Assembly: GCA_029953675.1 (NCBI GenBank) | Contig: JAMWBK010000006.1 | Span: 1,674,001-1,738,000 of the forward strand | DNA: 64,000 nt | From: Rhodosorus marinus CCMP1338 | Taxonomy: Eukaryota; Plantae; Rhodophyta | Direction of reading: 5' to 3' | Shown here: positions 1 to 12,457 of the stretch, in pieces | How the letters are laid out: each line of letters opens with the position of its first letter | Numbering within the stretch: position 1 is the first letter of the stretch | Program-made: the position numbers and the translations under genes | The notes under the pieces: generated by a model | Database searches by the model: none | Seen by the model: the letters and a program-made list of their open reading frames with translations, nothing else | What the model was told of the DNA's origin: nothing

Positions 1-131
1 GCCCACCATCCCATCCTCGAGAACCCGGAAATGTTTGGCGTCTCGGTTCCAATGGGCTAGCAATCTTATCAGGCCATCGGGCAGATGCTGGTATGTGTCC
101 CGAGGAGGTTGGGTGCTCCTTTCCACGACAG

Positions 132-1269
132 TTAGTCCGGCAGAAGCTCGTTACCTGTAGGTTCGTAGTATGCTGAGCGTAGTCTTCCAAGCTGATACTT
201 TCTGTTTCTGAAGGTACCATGTTCCGCAAAGTGTGAGATCGCCCTGTCTGGCCGAAGCTTTGCATCCTTCGCGTATGGTAGAAAGGATTGATGCCTCATT
301 TCGAGCATCTCCTCATCTGTTGGCTGGCGCACAAGGACTAAAGAAAACGCACTTCTGTTCACCTCAATCCAGGGGAGCATTCCTGCCGTCGAAAAGTGCA
401 TGTCGCTTGAGTTAGTACCGCAAATCTTAGATGCTCATGGAGCAAAAACCTTAGAAGATCAATGCCTACCAGTTACAGATGTCCTCAACAAAGATTCGTA
501 TCCACCATTTTCCTCGTGCAGCTTCTTGGCTGCCGAGAGGCAGTGACGAACCGCGAGGTGCCAACCTTTCGGGTGCACCTATCATTTTCCGCGCGGAGAT
601 TTTTTAGTTCACGTGTCCCTATTATCCCAACCGATCAGATCTTCGGGCTTTGACGTACTATTATTAGATCCCCAACCTCGCAAGGACAGCGAGGGCCAGG
701 CACGCGCACGCCGTTCTTGAACACGTAGCCGTAGGAAACGAGTTGAGCAGCCTGACTGAAGTCGGCGCAAATGTGTGATCTAACAAGCAGAGTGTCTGTT
801 CGCAGTTCAAGTGACCTCATCAAGTTGCTTGCTGGGTCTCCTGACATGCGATGAGCTCTTATCATATGACCCTTGAAATGCTTATCGCGCAGGTTCCCGT
901 AGAAGTACTTCATTTTCTGCTTCTCTCGCAAGTTGATCCCGTAGCTAGCCTTAGGCGCAGTTTTGGTTTGCATCTGCCCAAAAATTTAAGGGTAAATTAG
1001 AACATGAGCTTCCAACGAAAGCAGATCACAATGTTTACGTTCCTCGGACTTACCATCCTTGGCACCGCCTCGTACTGAGTAAACCCTCGCCAAGATTCGT
1101 TGGTCGTCTTATTATCCCCGTCCAAGTAAGGAGAGTTAAAAGAATTCTGAATTTTCTGCTCATTCGGCAACCGAAATCGCACAGGCGCTCCCCTAGTTTG
1201 CTTCCATCTCTTCGGGATTCGGATCAACTCCGCAACCCCAGGCCTAAGGATCGGCGTCAATCTGTTCAT
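132..1269 (-). CDS. rps4: Nuclear-encoded mitochondrial-type ribosomal protein S4 (multi-exon)
   Basis: Exon 635-973 reads [17 protein letters not shown]...[38 protein letters not shown] (bacterial-type uS4 plus S4 RNA-binding motif). ATG at 1269; exon 1 ends at a gtaagt donor, and the intron has a ctaat branch point and a ggcag acceptor. The 3' end at 132 is taken from the last ORF. Confidence 0.8.
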
Positions 1270-2050
1270 CTTATCATATTTCACAAACCGTATGCAAAAA
1301 GAAATTTAAGAATTCTCCTCGAATTTCGTTCTCGATGAAAATCTTCAGCCCGTTAGCACCTGCCTGTCGCATAAGTCCGACGCAACTCTGCCCACATCTC
1401 CTCTCCAGTTCGCCCTCTTCACTGTTTCCGGGTCCTACGTTGGTCCGAAATAACTGCACCAAACACTAATGTCAAGCGAAGAACAGCCGGAGCTAAGTGT
1501 TCGTAGTCTGGATTAGCAGAGCGTTTAAGGATCTCCGCGTAGATGTCAGAATGTCTCGATTAGCTGAAACTCGTTTCTCAAGCAATGTTAGAATGCGATT
1601 TTTTGAAGACCTGTCGTTGTGAATCCAGGTGGTACACGACAAAGGCCAATTCAGGAGGAGAGTCTCGACCTTGAAATGAGTTTTTTTTTTCAAGCCCGCC
1701 AGATGAGAAGCTAGGACGCTGTAGAGAAGTTCGACAAGCGATTTGAAATACTCAAATTCCTGTTGAACAGTCCGTCCAAATTATTTGTCGCGAACCTCTG
1801 GAACTTCCCGGCCGTCCCTTGTCGAAGATGTTCGGCCAGCCTCCCTATAGGGCTCGAGAGGCTCGGAAGGCGGCGGGGGGCAAGAGACTTCGAGAATCTG
1901 GATCAGGTGCACCGATACGACTAGCGAAAGGGATAGGTTATCATAACGCGCCGTATTCACTTTATCAGATAAGCCGAGGCGGTCGGCTCTGAGGAGGAGC
2001 TTTTTGTCAGTTGGGGGCCCCTCGTCTTCTCCAGAAGCGGGTTGATCGTC

Positions 2051-2800
2051 ATGAGTGAGAAGAGGGTAACCCCGGCCAGAAAGGAGGTCATGGAGTCATC
2101 CTTGGAGCTTCTGCTGATAGAGATCGTCCGATGGTTCGTATATGGATGGAAAAATGGAAGAGATCCTCAGAAGACGGATGCTGGAAATGGTAGTGCTGAT
2201 GTGGATCAGATTGCCGGTAGTTTGAACCGTAAACTCGCGCTGACCAATGCGGTTCATGGCATGGGATACGACGTTGGTCAAAGGCTTATAGAGAGGTAAG
2301 ATGGGCTAGATCGAAGTTGATTAGGATGTTTAAACTCCTCATACCTAAATCCTGCCGAGGTGTCCGCTATAGGCTGTCGACCGATCATTTGAAAATGGAG
2401 ACGAACTTGGAAGTAGTGAAGTACATCTGTAAAGACTTTTGGGAGGAAACGTTCAAGAAACAAATCGATGTCCTCAAAACTAACAACAAGGTATGCAAAA
2501 TACGCACACCTTCCAATTCCAGTTCGTCAGGTTGTTAAGGCGGAGGGCACTTGCTACATGCGCGAGCAGGGAAGGTTTGTCCTTCAGGACAACAATTTCA
2601 GGTGGATCAGAAAAGCATCCAGAAACGATCCAAGCCAGTTAAAGGTGGAAGACTTTCTCACATTCCCCGCTGGTATAGTTTGTGGCGCCATGAATCGACT
2701 TGGTGTAGATTGTACAGTATCCGCAGACGCCGCGTCCGCGCCAATGTGCATCTTCACCGTGGAAATCGCACAGCCACCGAACAATTCCCGCCAACAGTAG
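2051..2800 (+). CDS. TRAPPC6: TRAPP complex subunit Trs33/TRAPPC6 (3 exons)
   Basis: MGYDVGQRLIER / LEVVKYICKDFWEETFKKQIDVLKTNNK / GRFVLQDNNFRW...FPAGIVCGAMNRLG are typical Bet3-family Trs33 motifs, joined by gtaag/gtatg introns. Confidence 0.93.
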
Positions 2801-3306
2801 AGAGATCTTCCCGCTGCTTTTGTTCTAACAAGGTCCCCACGAACATAGACAAACCGGTTCGTCGTCTCCGCGACAGGAAGCAACGAAGCGGTGGATTTTC
2901 TTTCTCGTCGGCCGTTTGGGACCAAGCTGACGTGAGACTCCTTACCCTCTAGAGTGCTGTTTTGAAAACTAAGTGTTTTTCCTTGGCCAAGAGGTCCGCT
3001 GGCAAATTGGCCGTGTGACTATCGAACTTGGCGAATGTTCCCTGTTTCGTTCATATTTACGTTTGGCCAAAAAGGAAACGTCTGACGTCTTGCCGCTCGC
3101 GCGTGGAGGATGATGATCTGGTCCAGATGTACAAGTTTAACGCTTACTTTCCTGCCGGCCAAAATTGGACTGGAATATTGGCCACGTGAGGAAACCAGTG
3201 ATTACATTTTCCTACAGGGGCACGAGGGGCCGTCCAGATCTCAGTTCCTAGCTGACCTGAGGCTCTGTTGCCCATCAAGCACGTAGGCGCCTGGCTAATG
3301 TGCTCT

Positions 3307-3310
3307 GAGA

Positions 3311-3344
<34 letters not shown>
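3307..3344 (+). repeat. (GA)n microsatellite
   Basis: About 18 GA units with minor interruptions, read directly. Confidence 0.95.
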
Positions 3345-3427
3345 CGGAGTGGACTATATTCTCGTGTAGATGTTATGCTATCCATCGTTCGGTTGTTGAA
3401 CTGATGTTACTAAAGTTTTGATGAGAG

Positions 3428-3760
3428 ATGGCGCGGAAGGGCGGTAGGTTAGGGCACGGGGCTGCGCCTCGTGATGTGGTAGCCCATCAGTTGAGCGAGA
3501 AAGTAAAAGGCAGGGTTGCAAAGCTTCGTAAGAAGGCTGCAATGTTGGTGGACAGTTCTGAAGCCAAGATTTGTGGAAGCAAAGAGCAGCTTCGTAAAAA
3601 ATTGTTAGTTGTTGAAAATCTTATTAGTCAGCACAAACGACTATCTCAGCAGGTGCAGAGACAGGTTCAACACCAGAAGTCCTTCATCAAGGAGGAACAT
3701 GCACGCGTCGCGACAGTCCTCCAGCAATTCGAAGCTGACATCGCAGAATTGCAGAGCTAG
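3428..3760 (+). CDS. Hypothetical coiled-coil protein
   Basis: ATG-initiated 110-aa ORF with heptad-like K/Q/E/L composition; no family recognised. Confidence 0.4.
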   Translation: MARKGGRLGHGAAPRDVVAHQLSEKVKGRVAKLRKKAAMLVDSSEAKICGSKEQLRKKLLVVENLISQHKRLSQQVQRQVQHQKSFIKEEHARVATVLQQFEADIAELQS

Positions 3761-4004
3761 CAGAGCCAGTGGCCTTGATCATTTCCGGCCGAATCTTGCG
3801 TTCTGGACACGGGTGTTCAGGGTCTTCTTGGGAGTACTTTACCCCCTTCTCACACACTTGATGCCCAAGTGAACCTGAACTCGGCAAGATAATGCTCAGC
3901 AAATCACCTGCTTTTCAAGCTCAGCTCCGTTCGCACAAGCTCAACACTAGCAAAGTATTAATAAACACTTGATGCAATGACCAAGAATAAAATTCTGCCG
4001 CACG

Positions 4005-7000
4005 CTACTCCTGGTCCCGGCGGAGCCCTGAGAAGAGGAATTGGGTGGACATCCTTCCGACGGAGGTCGCAAAAGAGGACGCGATTTTCACAACATCCGA
4101 CTCCTCCGTTCCGTTATTGTTTGACCCCACTTCCGAAGCCTTCACAATACCACCAGTCTCCACCTCGAGGGTTTGCAGGGCTGCTTTCGTGGAGTAGGCT
4201 CGCCGCTGATACGAAGATGGCAATGGCGCTGGCAGGTATTGGAATCGCGGCGCTGGCTGTGCAAGGTTCAGCAATGAAGATGCCTTAAAGCCTTCAGAAA
4301 GAGACTAAAAAGATGCCAGAAGGAACCTAAACTTAAGAGACTGCGACCGAAACAAAGTTTTCCAGCTCACAGGTCTCCCTTACCGGTCTCATTGCGGTCA
4401 CTCGCTTTCCTTGATGAGTGCGCGTAAACGCCCCGAGCACAACTGAAGATTTTGCGAAAGCAGCTTTAACCGCTGTCAGAATTTTCTCGTCAGAATACGC
4501 CAATTCGACGGGGTCGACCAAGTTGACCAAGGCCGCCTCGACTACCCTAAGCTCGTTCCTTCCCACCCCTGAAGTCGTCGCGTTCTGCTTGGCCTCTAAG
4601 CCCCTGAAAACTGCCCCCAAGAATCTAACATCGAAGATCGCTTGTAGAATGGCAATCTAGGAGGGAAAGGAGCGTCGAGCTTGAGCATCACACGCAGGCA
4701 AGGTACACAAGCTCTTGCTTACAATACCTTTCCAAAACGCCCTCCACTAACTTGCTTGTAAGCGTTGACGACCCCGCTCACAAGGCAATCAGCAAAGCTC
4801 CTCACAGCATCTATTGGCAGTGCAGAACCTCCTGCGTAACTAACTGTCCAACAAGAATTGATCGCAAAGTCATACGCCGGATAGGAGGGCATTGCTGGGT
4901 ATACCCACGGCCCAGAGTCTTCCTGAACTTTCTCCCAGCCGCGATCTAATTCCAGACCTTAGAAAGGGGAGCGAATGGGTCCGAGTTCAGATCGTTACAT
5001 AAGACCTTTCGAACACATATGAAGACGGTCGTCATACCGCTCTGATCTACTATGAGAGTCGTTAAAGTCCTCTCCAATTCCTGAGCAACGCCTCGCAATG
5101 CAACAGCGTACGTTTCAACCGCGATTTCCGTGGCCTGTGCGAAGAAAATCTGTGCAGCGTTTACAGAATCGTTGTACGACTCTGTGCCCTCATCCTCGCC
5201 GAATCGAAAGACTTCCGACAGGGCGTTCGATGTGCTCAGGTTCTGATACACGTGTGCTATCAGGAACAGCTTCTCCATCTGTTCCAGGTCGGAGGTTTGC
5301 AAGCAATGAGCATTTTGCCCAGAGATAATCAATTTTGAAGCCAGAGATTGCCGACGTACCGGAACTGAAAGTTCTTGAGATTTGACGTCACCAACTCCCT
5401 GACTTTCAAGCGCCATCCTCAATTCGTTACTCACGAGTCTAACAAGCAGCGGACGAAATCACCTAGATTGTAAGGGGATATCATGAACCAAAAATTTCAA
5501 GCTCCTCTTTACGTACTGATTTTTCATTTCCAGCAGCCTTGGGGCGGCCTCAGCGCACTTTGCTCTACACGCCGTTGCCACTTCAGGTATACTAGAGCTG
5601 ATCGCCGAGAGGTCCTGGACTACCGTAAGTCGAACCTGGTTGTCAAACTCTTCGTTCAGCTTCCCAGCGAGTCCGGGCTAAACAAAACGGACGAGTTGAA
5701 TCAGATATCCTTGCCTACCGACCGGAGCCGACCCAACACGTAGAGCGACCATATGAAAACCAGAATACATACCTGAGCGACGTACTCCTTGGTTAAACCA
5801 GATGCTCCCTTTGGTTTGCCAGGGCTAGGCTCCTGGTTCCACATGGTCTTCCCCAGGTTTCCGTCTCCTTCTTTCGTCTCGGAAATTGACGTGACCGTTG
5901 CAGCAACGTTCGTTAAGAAGGACCCAAAACATTTTTCGATGATTTCGCGAGTTCTTTGCTCCGCGCGGGACTTGATCGTGGGTTGGAAGAGAGCCTCGAG
6001 GCCATCGGGAGAGGTAAACTTGAACGCTGCTGACTTCGCCCTGTTCAGTTCTTCGTCACTAGTGTCTTTGGGAACGGACCAAAAAAAAGGTGCAACTGAG
6101 TCACCACTTGCAGCATTTGACGTCTTCGTACTGTTTCGTGCGTTCTGATCTAACAACGACGTCGGCCAACGACAGTAGCTCTTTTCTTTCAATGATCTTC
6201 AGAATACGTACCATACAGTGGCGCCAGCGCCTGCTGCGCCTCACGAAGCTTTCCCCCGGTTTTGGCTTCGGACAGGGATATATCTGTGGCTTTCTGAATC
6301 CTCGGGCTAGCCTTCTGCAGCCAGTCCGTGACGATTCGCGTCAACCGATCTGGATGTACATCATCGAATCTTTTCGTAGCAGAAACGACCCTCAAGATGT
6401 CCTCATCTGCCTCTTCCCGAGGTACTAGCAGGATCTTGTACACATCACAGAGCAGATCACGGAATCCTGATGTTGCCGATCGAATCGATTCAGCTGGTGC
6501 TGCTTTTCCGGTTGTAAGCGTCCTCTCAATCCCCTCAAGCCGTGCATTCAAGAATTCCCAGATCACGTCCTCGAAGGATGAGGCTGAAATAGTCAATAAT
6601 GCACACAGGGCACCAGTATATTCCTAGCAATTCGGTGAAGCAATTCCGCAACCGATGAGACCCACATGCAACAGCCAAGCCTACGACAACGACATTGATA
6701 AAATCGTCTTACCCTGGCTCCAAGTCCTTCCGCTCGAAATTTTTGTTTCGCAGCGCTGTTGATGTCCTCACGAAAGGGCGCAATTTCCTTCCATAAGAAA
6801 GTGACGAATGCTTTGGACGTCTTCGCGTTGCCATCCTCCAACAGGGACTAATTCCATTGTACACAGAGGGGGAGGGGGAGGATTTAGGTTCTTTCCGTTC
6901 TGGTACGTCCGGCTTAACAAGGGCATGTTGATCATCAGGGTGTATGAGCTTACCTTTCTTGCCGCCTCTGCACCCGCAAAGCGCTGGCTTGCTTCGAAAA

Positions 7001-7693
7001 TTTTATTCCCATCCAAACTCGCAAACAGCTGCTCTCGGGTATCTACCAGAAACTTCAGTTGAGAGCCAATGCTGTACGCTGCCTTCTGTCTCACTAGCTC
7101 GTTGTCTTCTTTTTCCCTGTATTCATATCACGCGAGTGCGGGTAACGTAAATTTAGCGCGGGGTATCATGTGTTCCTCTCCCGTTTAGCGAGCAAGGGTC
7201 CAAGCGTTGGATCCGTGCCACTAACTAACACCTACCGTGCGATTGTGAGGGTGGCTTCGTCTATCTCGCTTCTTAGCGATTTTTGCAGCTCTCGAGCTTT
7301 CCTCTCCACTTCTAGCATGACTTTCAGCACTGCTTCAACGCCTTGATCCATTGATGCAACACCGGTAGCTGTATCTATCAGATCTCGGTACCTGATCCGG
7401 GGAACAAAGAAGTTCACGATCGACAAAAATCAGCTCCTATCCTTGAAGAGAAAACTTGGCAATCTGATGGAATCACTCTCAGCTCACCTTGTGCCCAGCA
7501 TCTTTCTGAGCTGTGCACTCTTTTCGTCAGCATCGGTTCTCAACTTCACCTCAATATTCTTAATCTCCGCGACACGTTTCGTTCGAAACATCGCAGACGC
7601 TTCCGCAGCAGCAACAGGAGAGGATTCAGCATTTCCATCCCTCCCACGCCCCGAACCATCGCCAATGTACCCAAACTGCGAGCCAGCCTCCAT
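4005..7693 (-). CDS. COG1: Conserved oligomeric Golgi complex subunit 1 (Vps51/COG1 family), multi-exon
   Basis: N-terminal MFRTKRVAEIKNIEVKLRTDADEKSAQLRKMLGTR|YRDLIDTA and AYSIGSQLKFLVDTREQLFASLD match the COG1 N-terminus. Helical exons continue to about 4005; the 3' end is approximate. Confidence 0.8.
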
Positions 7694-8349
7694 CGCGAGA
7701 GACTGCCTCCTCCAACTCCCCAAAACAAAACAAAAGAAAAAACCCAAAACCCAACGAAATCTCCAGAATCCTAAGACTGCTTCATGATAGATACCGTCTT
7801 CAATCCACGACGATCCAAGAATACAGAGGCCCTTTTCTCTTAACACATATCAAAGTCCCTCCTTCTTACGCACGATCCCACGCACCCTAGAAGATCTCCT
7901 TCAGCAGACAAACTTCCTAACCAAAAACTTCCCACCCACGCAAGCTTAGGAACTTCAGGGTGAGAATCTCCGTCAAGCATCAGAAAGAAAGTATCTAACA
8001 TATCTTCATTATCTTCAGATATAGAGCCAAAAGAGAAATATATGTATAAATCTTATATATCTAAAAATTTGAAAAGATATCTTTGATATATTTAACGTGA
8101 ATGAACTGTTTCAGGGTGCGCAACGTCGATATCTGTTTCGTTTGAGGAAGACGACTATGGTGTGGTTGGTTGCTGCTCTTTTCGTAATGAACGGCTACTT
8201 TTCTTGTTGAGAGTTCGCCGACTTAGGTCTCGCACCTGCGCGACGACTGGAACCTCCTCATATGATCTTCAAGACGGGTCCGAATCGTATCGCAAAGTAT
8301 GCTGAAGGGGAAGGTCAAGCGTCGTCGCTTCTGGGGTGGTTGGGTAAGG

Positions 8350-11012
8350 AACGTTCACACATAGTGGGTTTTCTGTCTCGGCGGGGTTGGGGAGGCCAAA
8401 GATGAACGATCTAAGTTAAATAGTACCATTTATACTTGCTTTGAATAACTATCATGGCAGCAGCACATCACTAGGGTAAAACCTTACCTGTCTCACGACT
8501 TCTACGGCGGTTGTTGTGGATCGATCGCTGTTCCTTTTTGGTTTGCTGGATGAGGTACTGAGTGATCGGCTCGAGTTCGCTAGTTTTCTTCGATGGATCG
8601 GGGATGGCAGAAATTTTGAGCTTCTGTTTTTCGCTGTGGCTGTTCGTGGTGAAGCCCGCTGGTTGTCCGGGTCTGATAGAGTTGTGGTCGTGATGTCCAA
8701 ACTACGGAAGCTGCTTTGCGACAGTTTGGTCTCACCGACAGTTTACCGACGAGGGATTTTTGGGAGGCTCGGTGAAGAGCGGCTTGGAGCAGCGACGGTT
8801 GTAATTGACTATGAAGTTTCTGTCCCTCAAGTTCTATTTTGCACCTCGTGGGAGGCGCGCTCAGGTTCTTTCCGATGAATAGTCTGAAGATTTGGTGGTC
8901 ACCACGGTTGTGGACGCTTTGCTAAAGAGCTCCCTAGTGGAGCCCATCAAGAGGGAATAAGGAATCTATTTATGCGTTAAAAATAACCTAATGGGTTGCG
9001 TGGCTACGATCTACTAGAGGGACGATCTCATAGTTCCCCAGCCCTAGACTAACGTAATCCTAAGATGGCACTCAGCAGATCACAGAGAAGACTTGATGAG
9101 TGCTGTGTTTGAGGCTGAATTTTGGACGCCAGTTTGGAACAGAGCGAGTGAGAGAGTGCGTGTGAGGATTCGCCACGGTGAATGAGTGATTCGTTATGGC
9201 CTTCCGCCCAGCGAGTCTTCCGACACTTTCGAGCTGTATGTGGGATGATACTTGGTCACCGTGGTACCTGATGCACAGTAACGACTCAAGTTTCCGAACT
9301 ATTATTAAACGATTGGATGGTTTGGAGGCACAGATCGAGTCTATCGCATCTCGAAGCGTCTTTCTTGTTTCAAGCTAGGCGATGTTGAAAGAGGCAATCT
9401 GTTTCCGTCCCCCCGCAGGAATGCTACTGGGTTAGAGCGAGTCTTTGTCCAGGTAGAACCACACACGAATTGGTTAACTAGTGGCTGAATCCTCAGGACT
9501 TTTCGTTTGGTCCTGCTTGCTTTCGTTGGCAGCAGAGTACTTTTCAAAACACTTTGCAACGTCGATGCTACTGTTTGATCGCCGGGATTAACTTTCCAAC
9601 CTCTGATCGACGGGATCCGTCCCTTTCGAAGAACTCTGAAGAGGTTGTTATATGGCCCGGCAATAGTGAGTACCAGACTCGCAATTGTACCATGGTTCAG
9701 ATCAATAATTTACTTGGACGAGCCTTCACGCAGTTTGGGACATCCCGCTCGCTGTCTTGTCAACTCCTTAAATACTGCCAAAATACATTGAAGAGCAAGA
9801 CAACTGACAAACCTTGAATAGATGATGAGATTCAGTGTCTCTCTTGCTTTTTCATGGCCTCCGCAGCGCCAAGAAGCATCTTCAGAGCCCCGTGCCGATC
9901 CTCGTCTTCGGTATCATTATCTTGATCGTTTTCTTCTGTCTCGTTTGGAACCTAGAAGAAGCGGTTGACAAGAGGGGTTAGCATTAAGCTCAACATCAGT
10001 CGCGTTTTAAGCAACGAAAGCGTGTCTTGGAAAAGAGCAAATGTACCTCGCCTCCCTCGTCCTCACGCCTCGGCATGTCATACAACAGTTTATTATACAT
10101 TTTGAAGTGCCTTCTGCGAAACAGTCGAGATATATGTCCCGGTCCATTGAGTTTTCGTCTCAGAAAAGCAGGCATGGAAGACGTTAACGCTTCTTCCTTC
10201 TTCCCTTGACGCTTCGAAATCGGTCTGTTCACTGAACCTTTCGACCTTGTGTGCTCTCCGGGTGAAGGTTTGGTATCGCCTCCAGACAGGCCAGGTGGTA
10301 GTTGAAAGACCTTGAGGTCCTTCGTATTCCCGTCTTCGGACTCTTTCATGTTTTTTTCCTTCGCCGATGCTTTAGTGTCCTTGGGGAGGGTTGAAAAAAC
10401 AACTGGTTTAGTACATCCAGGAGAGCTCTTCAATGCAACCACCGCGCTCATGACAATACATATCCTACGCAGCAGCGGTGCAAACAACGAAGTAACACTG
10501 ACCTTGTCCTTGAGTATGTCCGGCTTCGAACCCGACGCTTTCTCTGGAAGCCTTTCAAGCACTCTCTTGTCAAACGGTATATCGGTTTCTTCATCGTCCA
10601 TTTGCGAGTCCTCAAGATTCTCTCTCCCATGGGCTGCGCAGAAATAGTGACAAGTCAAGACGAACAGCAGGATCAGTTTCCCGCAAGCTCTAAGAAAAGC
10701 CTACGGTATCCAATGGCTCGCTTTGTCAAACATTCGACGTACAAGGAGTCGGGCTCATCCAAAGGAGATTGACGAAATCCAAACCCACAAGCAACCAAGA
10801 AAAAGGCAGTTGAGTGTTTAACTTACCTTCAAAAAGGTCGTCAGGACTCGCATCCTGCATGAGAGAGTTCAATCTCTTCTGAAGGTCGGTATCTGAAGTC
10901 AGCAATCCAGGGCCTCGCCTTCTAAACCGTTTCCTCGGCTGCGGCGTTTTTCTCTGGGCCCCTCTCAGCCCTTGATCTTTCCTCTTTGGAAAATAATTAT
11001 CCATAGCCATCA
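8350..11012 (-). CDS. One or two hypothetical low-complexity proteins (exon structure unresolved)
   Basis: ATG-initiated K/R-rich exon near 11012, a 220-aa open frame at 9996-10658, an acidic exon ending at a possible stop near 9830, and further exon-like frames at 9200-9560 and 8450-8880. No family recognised. Confidence 0.4.
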
Positions 11013-12457
11013 ATATTGTTCCCTCAGCCCAACCCCACCCTCCTCCCAGAACTAAAACACGATCCCTCCGCCGAAAACCAACACAGCAAACGCAATCTCA
11101 CAAAGGCCCTTCCTCCCCACACCTCCTCTAGCAAAACTCTTTCAAACTTAAATACCCGCTTCTAAAATCTCTCCATCGGCTTTTCTCTTTCCTTCGCCTC
11201 GCGTTTTCTCTATGCCTTTTCAAAAAACAGCACCCTCCAGAAAGCCCCCCAACCTATATCTGGATAGAAACCCAAAGTCCCGTGCCCTCCTCCCCCCACA
11301 AACCGAAATGCTCAAAATGCCGTTTCCCAACTGCATGAGCGAAAAAAGGAGGAAACCCGAAACTAAGGCGAGGGTCCCTCCACCATACTGTGATAGAAGT
11401 CGCTGAAGAAATCAAGAAAAATTTGTTCACGAAACATGCAATTAGCGGATGTATATTTACCACTAATATTCTGCTACGTGTCCTACTCGATGTCGAAGTT
11501 GTGGAAAAAATATTTCGGAATTCCTCCTTTTGTTTTGTTGTGGCAGATTGAAACGGATCTTAGCCGTTGCATTTGATATCCTCCTTGCGGAAAACGAGGT
11601 TAGTTACCCCTTCATGTTTTATAGTGTTCTAGCAGCCCCTGAAGAAACGAACTGATATTTTGCGTGGAATCCATGTAAAGCTTTTATAATTGGTGATTCT
11701 GGTTCCTTCAGTTCTTGGGGTTCAGGGGGGAGTGATTGTGCTTCCTGGGCAGGTCGGTCGTGAAGGCTTTAGGGGAGGGGGGTACTAGACCTCTTGGCGG
11801 GAGTTAGATTTGCCATTGAAATGACAAATGATTTCGCTATGATGAAATTATATACCAATGAAAACGGTTGTTGTGTAATAAGTTCTTATATTCTCCAATG
11901 ATATGCTTGTTGGCGTTGGCATGAGCGATAATAATGTATGATTCGTGAACTTGGTGATGAAGTCATTGTTTTCGTTGTTTGACAGCGATTCCCGAACAAG
12001 CTGCTTCAGGTTTCAAGACTCAATAGGCTGGGATGTACTCCAGACCTTTTACCAAGCGTTTAAAAGGGCCGCCGATAGATGCCGCGCAACCGCCCTCGCA
12101 TAGCGCTCGTGGTTTTGAACAGAGTATGAGCGACTGCCGTGTGTCAATGTCAAGATAACGTAAAAGATCCGCTTTATTGGTCCTATCTCCCTCAACTACT
12201 CTTGCCGCGCTGAAGAAGTAAGTGGATTTTAGATTCACACACTTGTCAGTCCTTTTATAGAGGCCCTTTGAAATTGCCTAAGTAAGATTTTCTTTTCGAC
12301 TACCCGTGCAGTACCAGGAAACGAATCTCCTCATAGGCCTCAACTTCCATCCAAGACCCAGCCGGGATTACGAACCATTCCAGTACGATACGATTGAATA
12401 ACGAGTGCTCACGAAGTTTACAAAAGTCATCGTAATTCATAGTACATGCCAGTCAAA

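Noticed and set aside
3977-4288. Plus-strand Pam18/J-like ORF (RGFAG...hydrophobic tail)
   Set aside because: No HPD motif, and it overlaps the probable last COG1 exon on the opposite strand.
11830-12400. Possible degraded gene or TE downstream of the sulfotransferase
   Set aside because: Short interrupted frames with no recognisable domain; cannot be supported.
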